From contig JAJZPB010000003.1 in assembly GCA_021811365.1 (NCBI GenBank), forward strand, positions 1-60,854: a stretch of DNA of 60,854 nucleotides, written 5' to 3'. The notes under the pieces are model-generated. The model was given only the letters and a program-made list of their open reading frames with translations. It had not been told where the DNA came from and did not search any database. The stretch is from a bacterium. GTDB lineage: Bacteria; Patescibacteriota; Minisyncoccia; Phycocordibacterales; Phycocordibacteraceae. The position numbers and the translations under genes were made by a program. This document shows, in pieces, positions 45,050 to 55,390 of this stretch. The first letter of the stretch is position 1. Each line of letters begins with the position of its first letter.

Positions 45050-45475
45050 ATGTTCGGGAGAATCTGGAGAAAACGCCGTGCGCAACCAAAAACGCTCTCG
45101 TCGCAGAGCGTGCCTGTCGTACAGCTCCCGCGCGCAAAGCGAGGAAGCGCTGCAGAAAGTGAGGCGAAGAAAGCCGCGCGTGCGCTCGCGCACGCGCGGC
45201 TTGCGCACTTTAACCAGTTCTACGGATTTACCTACCAAAAGGTATTCATCCGCAATCAAAAAACGCGCTGGGGCGCGTGTTCGGCTAAAGGTAACCTCGG
45301 TTTCAACTACCGCATTACGTACTTACCGCCACAGCTCGCCGACTACGTGATTGTCCACGAGCTATGCCATCTCGGGCAGTTCAATCACTCGCCCGCATTT
45401 TGGCAGCTCGTTGCGCACGTGATTCCCGATTATAAAGCGCAGCGGAGAGAACTGCGCACCCGGTACCGATTTTAA
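45050..45475 (+). CDS. YgjP/DUF45 (M48-like) metallopeptidase-domain protein
   Basis: IRNQKTRWGACS, DYVIVHELCH, NHSPAFW. Confidence 0.9.
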   Translation: MFGRIWRKRRAQPKTLSSQSVPVVQLPRAKRGSAAESEAKKAARALAHARLAHFNQFYGFTYQKVFIRNQKTRWGACSAKGNLGFNYRITYLPPQLADYVIVHELCHLGQFNHSPAFWQLVAHVIPDYKAQRRELRTRYRF

Positions 45476-45568
45476 TAGTCTGAGGGTGAGTACTCCGCAA
45501 ATCGTCCCGGAGGAGTTTTCCACAGCCCCGCATATTCACCAACCAAAGAACGCGGTACGGTAGTGGCA

Positions 45569-48529
45569 ATGCGCGCTCGCTCGCTCGCACTTACCACAAC
45601 CCTGATCGTATGCGTCCTCGGGGCATTTGCGCCGCATCTTGTGCATGCAACAACGGTTATCAATCTCGGCGGAACCGTGCTTTTTAGGCACATCTCAGTC
45701 CTCTGGCCGAGCTTTACGTATGCGAGGGTTACGGAAGTAAAGTCCGCACTGCGCTCCGGCGACGCGATAGGGTTCACCGCAGACATTGTTAGCGACTCGG
45801 GCATACCGCTATTTGAAGCAGACCTGGCAAATCTTGAGGGGCCTGACGTTACCGATGCATCGCTTGCTGCGACGAGCAGTACCGCTGACCCGTCGTTCGA
45901 GAACTACACCATGCACATTAATCCGGTTGCCGTGTATCCCACTGCTTCAAGGGGCGCACAAACCATAAACCTATACGCGTATGCGCCGTTCAGCATTGGG
46001 GACGCTACGACGACTACGATCGCCATCGACGCTATTGCGCCAACGATTTCGCTCGCGACCACGACCGTCTCGACGAGTGCAAACACGCTTACGCTTATGA
46101 TGTCAGGCTCGGTAGACGGAACGGGTAGCCGGGCGAAGGCTATTGTCCTCGAAGGCGACGCGTACGACCACGCGGGCGCGTTGCTTGCGACGGGTTCTAG
46201 TACACATACGTTTGTTTCGTACGGACTTGCGAATCTTAACGACGCGATTGCCTCGTCACCAAACGGCTCCTTCGCTCGTGTTCCAGTTCAGGTCGACGCG
46301 AGCGGCGTTTCGCTCGCACAGGCTGCAAAACTCGTGGTAACTCTTGCGGTAGCCGATCAAGCCGGAAACATTGCGACGTCAAGCACGACTCTTCCGCTTG
46401 CGCCGACCAAGCCGCAGATTTCAAACGTACTCTTTATCCCCGGCACCGAGGCGAGCCGGTTGTATCGTCGCGACGTTTTGGGGGTGGAGCACCAGGTGTG
46501 GGAGCCGGACTTTTTGACCGATATTCCGTACCTTGCCATGAACGCGGACGGCACCAGCAAGTACGCGCTGTATACGAAAGACGTTGTTGACGTTATAGAA
46601 GGGCATAATCTTTTCGAAAAAAGTATTCAAAATATGTTCGGGCAAAACATTCAGGTGTATGGGCAGTTCGAATCTTTTTTGGATACGCTCACGGCCTCTT
46701 CAAGCATTGCTTTTAACGCGTGGAGGGACTACCCCTATGATTGGCGCTATGACCCCATCGATGTCGTAAACGATGGCACGCTCACTGAGCTGCCCGACGG
46801 GTCGCGGCAGCGAGTGTATCTTGAAAACGTTCTTTCCGCGCTCGCCGCCACGTCAGCCACGGGCAAGGTGACCATTGTTGCGCATAGTAACGGCGGCCTC
46901 GTTGCAAAAGCGCTGCTGAAAAAGCTCGAGCAAGAAGGGAAGGCGCAGTTGGTTGACCAGCTCATACTGGTGGGCACGCCGCAGTACGGCACCCCTTCGG
47001 ACATCGGCGTACTTCTGCACGGCGACGGCCAAACGGAAGGGTTCGGGCTCGTTATGACCAGCGCGCAGGCGCGCTCTGTGACGAAAACGCTTCCTGACGC
47101 GTATGCACTCCTTCCTTCTCCTGCGTATTTCGAGCGGGTAGCGACACCCGTCGTAACCTTTGATCCGGCTGGATCGATTTCGGGTTTATATGCGACTCAG
47201 TACGGTTCTGCGATTAATTCTTTTTCGTCGCTTGCGTCGTTTATGGAAGATGCGGCAGGGATTGATGCTCAGGCCGGAAACCCAAATAACCTGCGGACGC
47301 CGATTGCGCTGCCTTCCGCGCTCGTTAATCGCGGGGCGCTCTTGCATACGGCGCTGGACCCATGGACGCCGCCGCTCGGTGTAACCGTGACGGCAATCGC
47401 TGGCTGGGGTCAGCCAACGATTAGCGGACTCGCGTACTCGACAAAAGGGATCAGTAACTGCGGTCTGCTTGCAGTCGTTAGTCTTACGATTTGCAATCCG
47501 TACCTCGAGCACGCGCCGATTCTCACGCAAGACGGTGACAATACAGTGGTGAGTTCGAGCGCGGTGGGGAATATAGGCCGCGCGCAGTATTTTGACACAA
47601 GCGCATATGCATCCGATGGAGGTGGCACGTTTGTTCATCAAAACTTACTAGCGTCAACGCCGGTTCAAGATGTGATTTCCGCATTGTTAGTACAGAAAAC
47701 GGCGAAGTCAGTGCCTTATATTCTTACAAACAAACCGCCAAGCAATCAAAATCCGTTGATTCAAGTCAGTTCGCATTCTCCAGTTAACGTGGTGCTGACC
47801 GACGCACAAGGTCGTCAAACGGGAGTCGTGCCGATGCCGGGGACTGAGTTTTCCGGTCTCAAGCAGGACATACCCGGAAGCGCTGTGCAGGTGCTCGACG
47901 ACGAAGAGTATGTAACGGCGCCAAAGGAAGGTTCGTATAAGGTGGCTGCTAGCGGGTACGCGAGCGGAACCGCGACGATTGAAGTAGCAGAGGTCCAGAG
48001 TGACGGTCGCGCAAGTACTACGGCGGCGCTTGTAGCGGTTCCCGTTACAGCAAGCACCACCGTCTCCTTTTCAGTTGCGGCAGGGGTTCCGGGCTCGGCG
48101 CAGCTGGACATGAACGGAGACGGCGTTCCGGACGTCACAGTCGCTACTAGCACCTTTTCAAACGACCCGGTGGCCTACGTGCGCTACGTTGCTTCGGTGG
48201 TAAAAGCTCTGCCGCTAGGGAAGCCTATAGCGGTTGAGCTACTAGCTCGTCTAGGCGCAATTATGCGCGCGCTCTCTGTGCATCAGCGAGCGAGCGCAGA
48301 GTTTGCCCGCTATCCGCGCCTGTTTAGCCGGCACAGTCCACTCGTTAACCTGCAAATTAGCGAGCTCGAACGGCAGGTTCAGGAGTGGGTTGCACAACCG
48401 AGCGAGCATAAGCAACGCACGGGTCATCAACGGGAACGTGAGCGCGAGAACGAAGGGAAACCGTCACTGTCGATAACGCAAGCTCAGATGCTGCTTAGTA
48501 TGCTTAGCTATCTTAAGACACTTCTATGA
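45569..48529 (+). CDS. Large secreted alpha/beta-hydrolase (LCAT/PGAP1-like lipase) with Ig-like domains
   Basis: Signal peptide; LFIPG, F.YDWR, VAHSNGGL nucleophile elbow, VGTPQYG, GDNTV, HQNL. Confidence 0.82.
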   Translation: MRARSLALTTTLIVCVLGAFAPHLVHATTVINLGGTVLFRHISVLWPSFTYARVTEVKSALRSGDAIGFTADIVSDSGIPLFEADLANLEGPDVTDASLAATSSTADPSFENYTMHINPVAVYPTASRGAQTINLYAYAPFSIGDATTTTIAIDAIAPTISLATTTVSTSANTLTLMMSGSVDGTGSRAKAIVLEGDAYDHAGALLATGSSTHTFVSYGLANLNDAIASSPNGSFARVPVQVDASGVSLAQAAKLVVTLAVADQAGNIATSSTTLPLAPTKPQISNVLFIPGTEASRLYRRDVLGVEHQVWEPDFLTDIPYLAMNADGTSKYALYTKDVVDVIEGHNLFEKSIQNMFGQNIQVYGQFESFLDTLTASSSIAFNAWRDYPYDWRYDPIDVVNDGTLTELPDGSRQRVYLENVLSALAATSATGKVTIVAHSNGGLVAKALLKKLEQEGKAQLVDQLILVGTPQYGTPSDIGVLLHGDGQTEGFGLVMTSAQARSVTKTLPDAYALLPSPAYFERVATPVVTFDPAGSISGLYATQYGSAINSFSSLASFMEDAAGIDAQAGNPNNLRTPIALPSALVNRGALLHTALDPWTPPLGVTVTAIAGWGQPTISGLAYSTKGISNCGLLAVVSLTICNPYLEHAPILTQDGDNTVVSSSAVGNIGRAQYFDTSAYASDGGGTFVHQNLLASTPVQDVISALLVQKTAKSVPYILTNKPPSNQNPLIQVSSHSPVNVVLTDAQGRQTGVVPMPGTEFSGLKQDIPGSAVQVLDDEEYVTAPKEGSYKVAASGYASGTATIEVAEVQSDGRASTTAALVAVPVTASTTVSFSVAAGVPGSAQLDMNGDGVPDVTVATSTFSNDPVAYVRYVASVVKALPLGKPIAVELLARLGAIMRALSVHQRASAEFARYPRLFSRHSPLVNLQISELERQVQEWVAQPSEHKQRTGHQRERERENEGKPSLSITQAQMLLSMLSYLKTLL

Positions 48530-48981
48530 ATCTCTGGTACAAAAAAGGGCTACTATTTGTGGCGGCTGGCATCGCTTACTTGTTGGGGCAATACTTTCGC
48601 GGCTTCTGGATGGAAACCTTGCCGATTAGAAGTTTCTGCCACAGCTATTTGGAAAATGGGCACCTGTACTGCAATTCTCCTTTCATAGACACGCTCGGCT
48701 GGCCGCTCATCACGCTTGGGGAGATGCTCGCTTTAGTAGGACTAGTGGTGCTTTTCGCAAACGCGCGCGGCTTCCGCAGCTGGCTGCGGTTTTCTTACGT
48801 CTATGTGCCGCTGATTGCACTAATCGTAATTTTCGTTTTCCCGCTGCCGCTCGCTCCGCTTGCGCCACCGGCGCCTCGCTGGGGTGCCGTGCGCGCTTTC
48901 GGCGTCCTCTACGCCCTCATAACCGCCGGGATTGTTCTGTACGCAAGGTTACGCGCTCCACGTAGTGCGACGACGCGATAA
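48526..48981 (+). CDS. Polytopic membrane protein coupled to the lipase gene
   Basis: ATGA overlap with the lipase stop; about four hydrophobic segments. Confidence 0.7.
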   Translation: MNLWYKKGLLFVAAGIAYLLGQYFRGFWMETLPIRSFCHSYLENGHLYCNSPFIDTLGWPLITLGEMLALVGLVVLFANARGFRSWLRFSYVYVPLIALIVIFVFPLPLAPLAPPAPRWGAVRAFGVLYALITAGIVLYARLRAPRSATTR

Positions 48982-49102
48982 GAAATGGCAATAAAATAGA
49001 GAGCTGGCTGCAAGCGGACAGCGAGCGTTATCCCCAAAGTGCAGCGGGCGGAGCGCTTGCTATGCTGAGAGGTTGCCAGTCTACTAATAACTTTTAGCGC
49101 TT

Positions 49103-49723
49103 ATGAAACTCTACTACTCTCCGGGAGCGTGTTCGCTCTCGCCACACATCGTCGCGCGCGAACTTGGTCTGCCGGTCGAGCTTTCGAAAGTTATTTTCTC
49201 TGCGGAGGGTCGCACGACGGAAGAAGGCGAAAACTTTTACGAGGTAAACCCGCGTGGCGGGTACGTGCCCGCCTTTCGGCTCGACGACGGCTCGGTGCTC
49301 CTCGAAGGACCGGCTATCGTGCAGTACCTTGCCGATCAGGCACCCGAGAAAGGACTTTTGCCCGAGCGCGCCTCGCGCGCGTACTACGACACCGTCTCGT
49401 GGCTGACATTTATTTCGTCCGAGCTCCATAAGGGCTTCAGTCCGCTCTACAGCAACCCGTCCGCCGAAGAAGCGGCAAAGATCATTAGCCGACTCGAGAC
49501 TCGTATAGCAGTCGTTGAGCGCGCTCTTGAGGGTACGGAGTACCTGCTCGGCTCGACCTTTACGGTAGCGGACTGCTATCTCTACACGATTTTGCGCTGG
49601 ACGGGACGATTCGGCATTGCGCTTGCCGACTACCCAAATGCGCAGGCTTTCGTAGAACGAATGGAGACGCGCGCGGCGGTGCAACAGGCGCTCGCGGAAG
49701 AAGGTTTGGAGGCTGTGGCTTAG
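49103..49723 (+). CDS. Glutathione S-transferase (beta-class, GstA-like)
   Basis: MKLYYSPGACSL, NP.G.VP, EG.AI..YLAD, FTVADCYL. Confidence 0.93.
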   Translation: MKLYYSPGACSLSPHIVARELGLPVELSKVIFSAEGRTTEEGENFYEVNPRGGYVPAFRLDDGSVLLEGPAIVQYLADQAPEKGLLPERASRAYYDTVSWLTFISSELHKGFSPLYSNPSAEEAAKIISRLETRIAVVERALEGTEYLLGSTFTVADCYLYTILRWTGRFGIALADYPNAQAFVERMETRAAVQQALAEEGLEAVA

Positions 49724-49725
49724 CT

Positions 49726-49774
49726 AAAAACAACACGCGACCGAGGCCAGGTCTCGGTCGCGTGTTGTTTTTTT
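49726..49774 (+). terminator. Long intrinsic terminator
   Basis: AAAAACAACACGCGACCGAG-gccaggt-CTCGGTCGCGTGTTGTTTTT. Confidence 0.85.
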
Positions 49775-49817
49775 AAACATGCAGAGAGTGTGCGCTCGTT
49801 GCCGCGTGCTACGCTAG

Positions 49818-50000
49818 ATGCGTATGCGTATCGAGTGGAATCGGGTGACGTGGTACTCGTGGCTTGCGGCGGTCGTTGTCTTTGGCGGGGCGCTTCTGGC
49901 GGGGTTTTACCTCGGTGCGCGCTGGGAACAGGTGCATATGGAAAACGCTCTCACGGAATTCCCCGGTGCTCCCACGGGCACTGCCGCGGCAGGACGGTAG
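49818..50000 (+). CDS. Small single-pass membrane protein (~60 aa)
   Basis: W..VTWYS..AAVVVF...GFYLG TM pattern; lies between two terminators. Confidence 0.6.
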   Translation: MRMRIEWNRVTWYSWLAAVVVFGGALLAGFYLGARWEQVHMENALTEFPGAPTGTAAAGR

Positions 50001-50007
50001 CGAGTCG

Positions 50008-50046
50008 GAAACCGCCCACGCGGCCAAAGGCCGCGTGGGCGGTTTC
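50008..50046 (+). terminator. 18-bp perfect hairpin terminator
   Basis: GAAACCGCCCACGCGGCC-aaa-GGCCGCGTGGGCGGTTTC. Confidence 0.8.
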
Positions 50047-50066
50047 GTTTCCGGTATAATCGACTC

Positions 50067-51776
50067 ATGACGCAAGGCGAGGCGCTAGCCATAGTAAAAA
50101 CGGGTGTGAACGTGTTTCTTACGGGCGAGCCCGGGAGCGGAAAGACGCACACCATAAATGCGTATATTGCTTGGCTGCGCGCATGCGGCATTGAGCCTTC
50201 GATTACCGCAGCGACCGGTATCGCCGCTACTCACGTGGGCGGCATGACCATCCACTCCTGGAGCGGGATCGGCGTAACGCAAAATCTTACGCCAGCTGAA
50301 GTTGACCGGATTGCGGGTAAAGAGCATATCGCGAGGCGGATTCTTAAGGCGAAAGTGCTCATTATCGAGGAAGTATCTATGTTGTCGGCCGATACGTTTG
50401 CGGGCGTCGATGCGATTTGTCAGGAGGTTCGGCGCGACGAGCGACCGTTCGGCGGCCTTACGGTAGTGTTGGTAGGCGACTTCTTCCAGCTGCCGCCGAT
50501 AGCGCGCCGCGCGTTCGGAGTGAGCAATATGCGAGAAGAGCATGAGGACACAATTTTCGCGTATGCCTCGGCTTCGTGGCGCGCGCTGAACCCAATTGTG
50601 TGTTATCTCACCGAGCAGCACCGGCAAGAGGACAACAACTTTCTTGAGATACTTTCTGCCATTCGAAACGGCGATGTGGAGCAGCACCACTACGAGCGGC
50701 TTCTAACGCGTCAAACGGAGAGTTCCTTCGTGCCCGCCGACGCACCCAAGCTCTATACGCACAATGCGGATGTCGACCGAATCAATGCAACCGAGCTCGC
50801 GAAGCTTCCGGGCGCATCAAAGAAGTTCCTCATGACGAGCAAGGGCCGCGACGCGCTCGTTGAAGGGCTTAAGCGGGGGTGTCTTTCGCCCGAAGTGCTC
50901 GAACTCAAAGAGGGCGCGAAGGTTATGTTTACGAAAAATTCGCCGCAAGGAAAGTTCGTGAACGGCACATTGGGGACAGTAACCGGCTTCGAGCACGGTA
51001 CCGGTACGCCGCTCGTTACGACGCGCCAGGGACTCACGGTGACCGCTGAACCGATGGAGTGGCAGGTGGAAGAGCAGGGGAAGGTCCGAGCAAGCGTTGC
51101 ACAGGTACCGCTGCGGCTTGCGTACGCGATGACGGTACATAAGAGTCAAGGGCTCTCAATGGATGCTGCGGTTATAGATCTCTCCCGTGCATTTGAATAC
51201 GGGCAGGGTTACGTAGCGCTTAGCCGCGTGCGGCGTCTCGACGGCGTGTATCTTCTAGGACTTGGGCAGCGCGCGCTTCAGGTGCACCCGGCGATTTTAG
51301 AAGAAGATGGCCATTTTCGTGCCGCTTCGGAAGCTGCGGCGCAAACGTTCGGCGAGATGCCGCAGGAAGCGGTGGTTGAGCTGCAAATGAAGTTTGTAAA
51401 AGCGACCGGCGGCGCTTGGAAAGAACGTGTAGCGGATAGCGCTGCTGGTGTAGCGGTCAAGGGGCTGCAGGGCAGGCTCGCGCAGACGCTACAAGCTTCG
51501 CGCGATGGGCGCACGCTCGCAGACGTTGCCAAAGAGCGCGGCCTCACTGTCTCCACTATCGTGAAGCATCTCGAAGAGCTTGCCGAGGCTGGTTCGCTTG
51601 CCCGCAAAGACGTGGCGCATCTCCTCCCGGCGCCGAGCGCTCTCGCGGAAATACAAGAGGTGCTCGACGGCGCCGACACGGACCGCCTCGCCCCGGTCTT
51701 TACGGCACTCGGCGGGCGGTATTCGTTCGAAGAAATCCGCCTTGTCCGACTTATGCGTTCTTCCGTACGAGCGTGA
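50067..51776 (+). CDS. PIF1-family (SF1B) helicase with C-terminal HTH
   Basis: FLTGEPGSGKT, IEEVSM, GDFFQLPP, YAMTVHKSQG, YVALSR; C-terminal GLTVSTI..HL..L; TATAAT 6 nt upstream. Confidence 0.92.
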   Translation: MTQGEALAIVKTGVNVFLTGEPGSGKTHTINAYIAWLRACGIEPSITAATGIAATHVGGMTIHSWSGIGVTQNLTPAEVDRIAGKEHIARRILKAKVLIIEEVSMLSADTFAGVDAICQEVRRDERPFGGLTVVLVGDFFQLPPIARRAFGVSNMREEHEDTIFAYASASWRALNPIVCYLTEQHRQEDNNFLEILSAIRNGDVEQHHYERLLTRQTESSFVPADAPKLYTHNADVDRINATELAKLPGASKKFLMTSKGRDALVEGLKRGCLSPEVLELKEGAKVMFTKNSPQGKFVNGTLGTVTGFEHGTGTPLVTTRQGLTVTAEPMEWQVEEQGKVRASVAQVPLRLAYAMTVHKSQGLSMDAAVIDLSRAFEYGQGYVALSRVRRLDGVYLLGLGQRALQVHPAILEEDGHFRAASEAAAQTFGEMPQEAVVELQMKFVKATGGAWKERVADSAAGVAVKGLQGRLAQTLQASRDGRTLADVAKERGLTVSTIVKHLEELAEAGSLARKDVAHLLPAPSALAEIQEVLDGADTDRLAPVFTALGGRYSFEEIRLVRLMRSSVRA

Positions 51777-54174
51777 GCGCCGGATCGGGAGTGCGGTTAA
51801 GCGCTGGGGGCGTGATGAAGTCTGCGATGTTTTTAAAGAACGCGGTCATCTGCATCCAGAAGAACGACCATACCCACACAAAGACAATCAACCACACGGG
51901 TATGGCTGCGGTAAAGAAGCCGAAGAGCGCCCAGAGCGTGGCGAGCAGTTGGGTTGCTGTGGCGGCAGAAATGACTTCCCAGCTCGGGAAAAAGCGGAAC
52001 CAGGTCTCTTCCGTGTGCGCGACATAAATCAACATGTGGCCGGAGACGACAAGCTGCAGAAAGAAAAGAGTCTGAATCCAGGGCCAGGGAAGATGTAAGT
52101 AGTAGTACGTGATTATGAGTGTAAAGACGCTGTTGCAGATACCGGCAAGGCTATAAAACAGAGCAAGAATCATGCGGCGACGCGTGTCGATGACGGCTGG
52201 CGCTTTAGGCGCACGAACGCGGTCGAAGGCGATTGAAATAATCGGGACATCGTTAAGGAAGGCGAGCAGCAGTATCTGGATCGGTGTGAGCGGGTAGGTG
52301 CCTACCAAGATGCCGATGATGAGAATGGTAAAGATAAGGCGCGCGCTTTCAGAAATGCGGTAGAGCGAGTAGTGGTAGAGCCGCATAAAAACCATGCGCG
52401 CTGCGCTGATGGCAGTGGCGATGACGGTCAACCCGTCAGTGAGGAGCACAATGTCAGCAGTTTCTCGCAGTGCATCGACGGAATTCGCAACCGCGATACC
52501 GACGTCGGCATTCGAGACGCTCGGGATATCGTTAGCGCCGTCCCCGGTTACCGCGACGCGCGCATACCGTTTAGCCGCCTCAACCGCTAGGTACTTGTCT
52601 TTCGGTACTACTTCTGCAAAACCGGCGGCAAGCGGCATAGATTTTGCGAGCATCTGCGGGTCGTCAAACACGGAGCGCGGGTACAGAATGCCGGGCAAGT
52701 CTAGTGCGCGCGCGACTTCTTTGGCGATGGGCAATCCGTCCCCGGTGAGCATTTTCACGTCGATGCCTTCCTCGTGCATGGCTTGAATAGTCGTCCCTGC
52801 GTCTGGGCGCAGCGCATCAGCGAGGGAGAGCAGCGCGATAGGCTCGAGGTTCGACTCCTCATTCGTCTTACCTGCAGCAACGAGGAGCGCTCGGTCGCCA
52901 CGCGCTGCTGATGCGTCAATCGCATCTTTAAATTGCTTGCTCGCGGTTTTGGTAAACCGGCAAAGCGCGGCGACTGTCGCCGGCGCGCCGAGCGAGACGG
53001 TCCAGATTGTGCCGCTCCGCTCGATAGTGGCCGTGCCGCGCTTTCGTAGGGAATCGCCAGGAATAAACGAGAGCTGCGCAGCAATGCTCACGCCGCGTTC
53101 TTTTGCAGCGGCGCGTACGGCCGCTTCAAGCGGGTTACTTGCTACGTCCTGGTCGGTCGCGCTCGCCGCGAGCGCGACCGCATCGGTTTCAGGCAGCGCG
53201 CCGAGCAGTGCCACCGAGGCCACGCGTATCTTGTTTTGGGTAAGCGTGCCGGTCTTGTCGGAGAGAAGCAGGTTGACGTTTGCGAGGTCTTCGAGCGAGG
53301 AGAGGCGTCGCACAGCGGCGCCTCCTTTGGCGACCTGCAGCACGCCCGCGCTAATGATGAGCGACATCACCGTCGGCAGAGCAACCGGTATGCCAGCTAT
53401 CATGAGAGAAATGTCGAGCCGCGCAATATCGCTCAGACTATTGTTTCCTGTAAGAAACACTGCCGTTAGAATCGCGATTGCGCCGAGCGCCAGCACCGTT
53501 AAAAGTTTCGATATCGAACGAATGTCTTCCTCAAGTGCCGAACGCTTCTTAGCGACGTCGATGGTTTTCACGGCGGCACCGAAGTATGTGCGGCTTCCCG
53601 TGGCGGTAACGATGGCTTCGGCAGAGCCGGTATTCACGTACGCGGCTGAGTACACCGTGTCGCCCGCACCTTTTTCGCGCGGAAGCGATTCTCCGGTGAG
53701 CATTGATTCGTTCACCGTAAGGTTCTGCGCGCTCACGAGCTTCGCGTCGGCAGGAATAAGGGAGCCGACGCGAAGCGCGATATAGTCGCCCGGCACCACC
53801 TCCGCAGCAGGGATACGTACCCACGCGCCGTCGCGCTTCACGCGCGCGTCTGCTGCAAGATGTTCTTCGAGTTTCTCGACCGCCTGGTCTGCCTTGTGCT
53901 CGTGCCAGAGCTGTATGAAGTAGTTGGCGAGCAGCAGCGTGGAGATGAGGATACCGTCGGCTCGTTTGCCGGTAGCAAACGAAAGCGCGCTCGCCGCGAT
54001 GAGCATGAGCGGAATGGGCGAGAGTAGCCAGCGCGCGAGCTTTGTGAAAGCGCTTTTCTTTTTAGTAGCAAGCGTGTTCGGACCGTACTTACGAAGCAGG
54101 CGGTGTGCCTCCGCCTCGGAAAGCCCATAGGTTGCGGTGTGCGAGCTCTGCAGTGTGGCGGGGTTCGGACTCAC
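51751..54174 (-). CDS. P-type ATPase, P3A plasma-membrane H+-ATPase type
   Basis: TGES, IPVALPTV, DKTGTLT, MLTGD, GDGAND, YRISES, LNDVP motifs. Confidence 0.9.
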   Translation of the reverse strand: MSPNPATLQSSHTATYGLSEAEAHRLLRKYGPNTLATKKKSAFTKLARWLLSPIPLMLIAASALSFATGKRADGILISTLLLANYFIQLWHEHKADQAVEKLEEHLAADARVKRDGAWVRIPAAEVVPGDYIALRVGSLIPADAKLVSAQNLTVNESMLTGESLPREKGAGDTVYSAAYVNTGSAEAIVTATGSRTYFGAAVKTIDVAKKRSALEEDIRSISKLLTVLALGAIAILTAVFLTGNNSLSDIARLDISLMIAGIPVALPTVMSLIISAGVLQVAKGGAAVRRLSSLEDLANVNLLLSDKTGTLTQNKIRVASVALLGALPETDAVALAASATDQDVASNPLEAAVRAAAKERGVSIAAQLSFIPGDSLRKRGTATIERSGTIWTVSLGAPATVAALCRFTKTASKQFKDAIDASAARGDRALLVAAGKTNEESNLEPIALLSLADALRPDAGTTIQAMHEEGIDVKMLTGDGLPIAKEVARALDLPGILYPRSVFDDPQMLAKSMPLAAGFAEVVPKDKYLAVEAAKRYARVAVTGDGANDIPSVSNADVGIAVANSVDALRETADIVLLTDGLTVIATAISAARMVFMRLYHYSLYRISESARLIFTILIIGILVGTYPLTPIQILLLAFLNDVPIISIAFDRVRAPKAPAVIDTRRRMILALFYSLAGICNSVFTLIITYYYLHLPWPWIQTLFFLQLVVSGHMLIYVAHTEETWFRFFPSWEVISAATATQLLATLWALFGFFTAAIPVWLIVFVWVWSFFWMQMTAFFKNIADFITPPALNRTPDPALTLVRKNA

Positions 54175-54180
54175 GAGAAA

Positions 54181-54606
54181 TTAGCGCCGCAAACGGCGTG
54201 CGAAACTGAAACTCGAATACGCAAGGTAACCCGCAAACAAGAAACCAGCCCAGGAGATCCACAGCGGAAGTTCGAGACCGCCGAAAGCGACTGAAATGTT
54301 GAAGAGGAGACGAACCAGGTGCGCAAGCGATACGAGCAGAAAGATACCGCCCGCGATCATGAGCAGGGTCCGTTCCGAAGGCGAAGAAACCGGGAGGCGC
54401 ATGTTCCAGCCGTAGTGAACGAGAAGCAGTATGAGCGCACCATCGAACACGACAATTTCGGGAAGCATCTGGCTGGTCCAGGTAACGCCGAGCAGCGTAA
54501 GCGGCAGCATGCCGGCAGCGGAAAACCAGAATACGCTGATAATGTCGCCAAGCACGAGGCCGGTAGCGACCTTCGCTATTTCACGCAATGCGCGGTTGTG
54601 GTTCAT
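54181..54606 (-). CDS. Hypothetical 4-TM membrane protein
   Basis: Four hydrophobic helices; adjacent to and co-directional with the ATPase. Confidence 0.7.
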   Translation of the reverse strand: MNHNRALREIAKVATGLVLGDIISVFWFSAAGMLPLTLLGVTWTSQMLPEIVVFDGALILLLVHYGWNMRLPVSSPSERTLLMIAGGIFLLVSLAHLVRLLFNISVAFGGLELPLWISWAGFLFAGYLAYSSFSFARRLRR

Positions 54607-54619
54607 GATAAAGACGGAG

Positions 54620-55390
54620 TTATAAAGCAGCTAATAACGATACTATAGCGCGCGCGGTATCTGTCGGCGTTTGAATCGCGTGCACCTGTGCATTAGTTCG
54701 AAGCACGGATTCATCGTCACCGTCTCCGTAGAGCTGATCGCCGATGTAGAGCGCATCACTCTCGGAAATGCGCAAGCGTCTGCAGAGGTGAGCTACGCCG
54801 TATGCGCGGTCGATGCCTTCCTTTGCCACCGCAATGGTTGCGGCGCCAGCGTTTTCCGCACGATAGCCCTCCGGTAATCGCGCAGCGACGGCGTTCAGAA
54901 GTGCAGCGCGTTTCGATTTGTCGGAATCCCACGCGTACCGCTCGCTAAAGGGTGCATCGGCACCGAGTGCAAGGAGTGCGATACGGGAGCCGCGGCGCTC
55001 GATGCGTTCGCCCCACGCGTCTTCGGGAATAGTCTCTGTCGCTTCCGCGCCCTCTTTTAGCGCCTTTTCAATGTAGGGTGCGTCTTTTTCGGAAATTGTT
55101 TCGTCGAATACCTTTTCCCAGCCGCCGTTTTCGAAATGGTACAGCGCACCGCCGGAGGCGGGGAGTAAGTGCAGGTTCGTGAACTGTGCGCTCTCGGGCA
55201 GACGCGCGACGGCCATTTTGAGCAGGTGTCCGAGGTCGCCCTCAGACACGATGCCGATTGGCAGTCTCTCAAGCAACTGGCTAAGCTTTGTGGCCATAAG
55301 CCGTTCGACCGGTTGGTTGTTTGCTGAGAGCGTGCCATCAAAATCAAAGATGACGAGCTTGGGTGGCTGTGTGCGCGAAGGAACGGACAT
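54620..55390 (-). CDS. HAD-IIB hydrolase (phosphomannomutase-like)
   Basis: FDFDGTL, IVS, E.RGS.I, GD.L..DGDD; start set at MSVPS, with TACAAT 6 nt upstream. Confidence 0.78.
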   Translation of the reverse strand: MSVPSRTQPPKLVIFDFDGTLSANNQPVERLMATKLSQLLERLPIGIVSEGDLGHLLKMAVARLPESAQFTNLHLLPASGGALYHFENGGWEKVFDETISEKDAPYIEKALKEGAEATETIPEDAWGERIERRGSRIALLALGADAPFSERYAWDSDKSKRAALLNAVAARLPEGYRAENAGAATIAVAKEGIDRAYGVAHLCRRLRISESDALYIGDQLYGDGDDESVLRTNAQVHAIQTPTDTARAIVSLLAAL

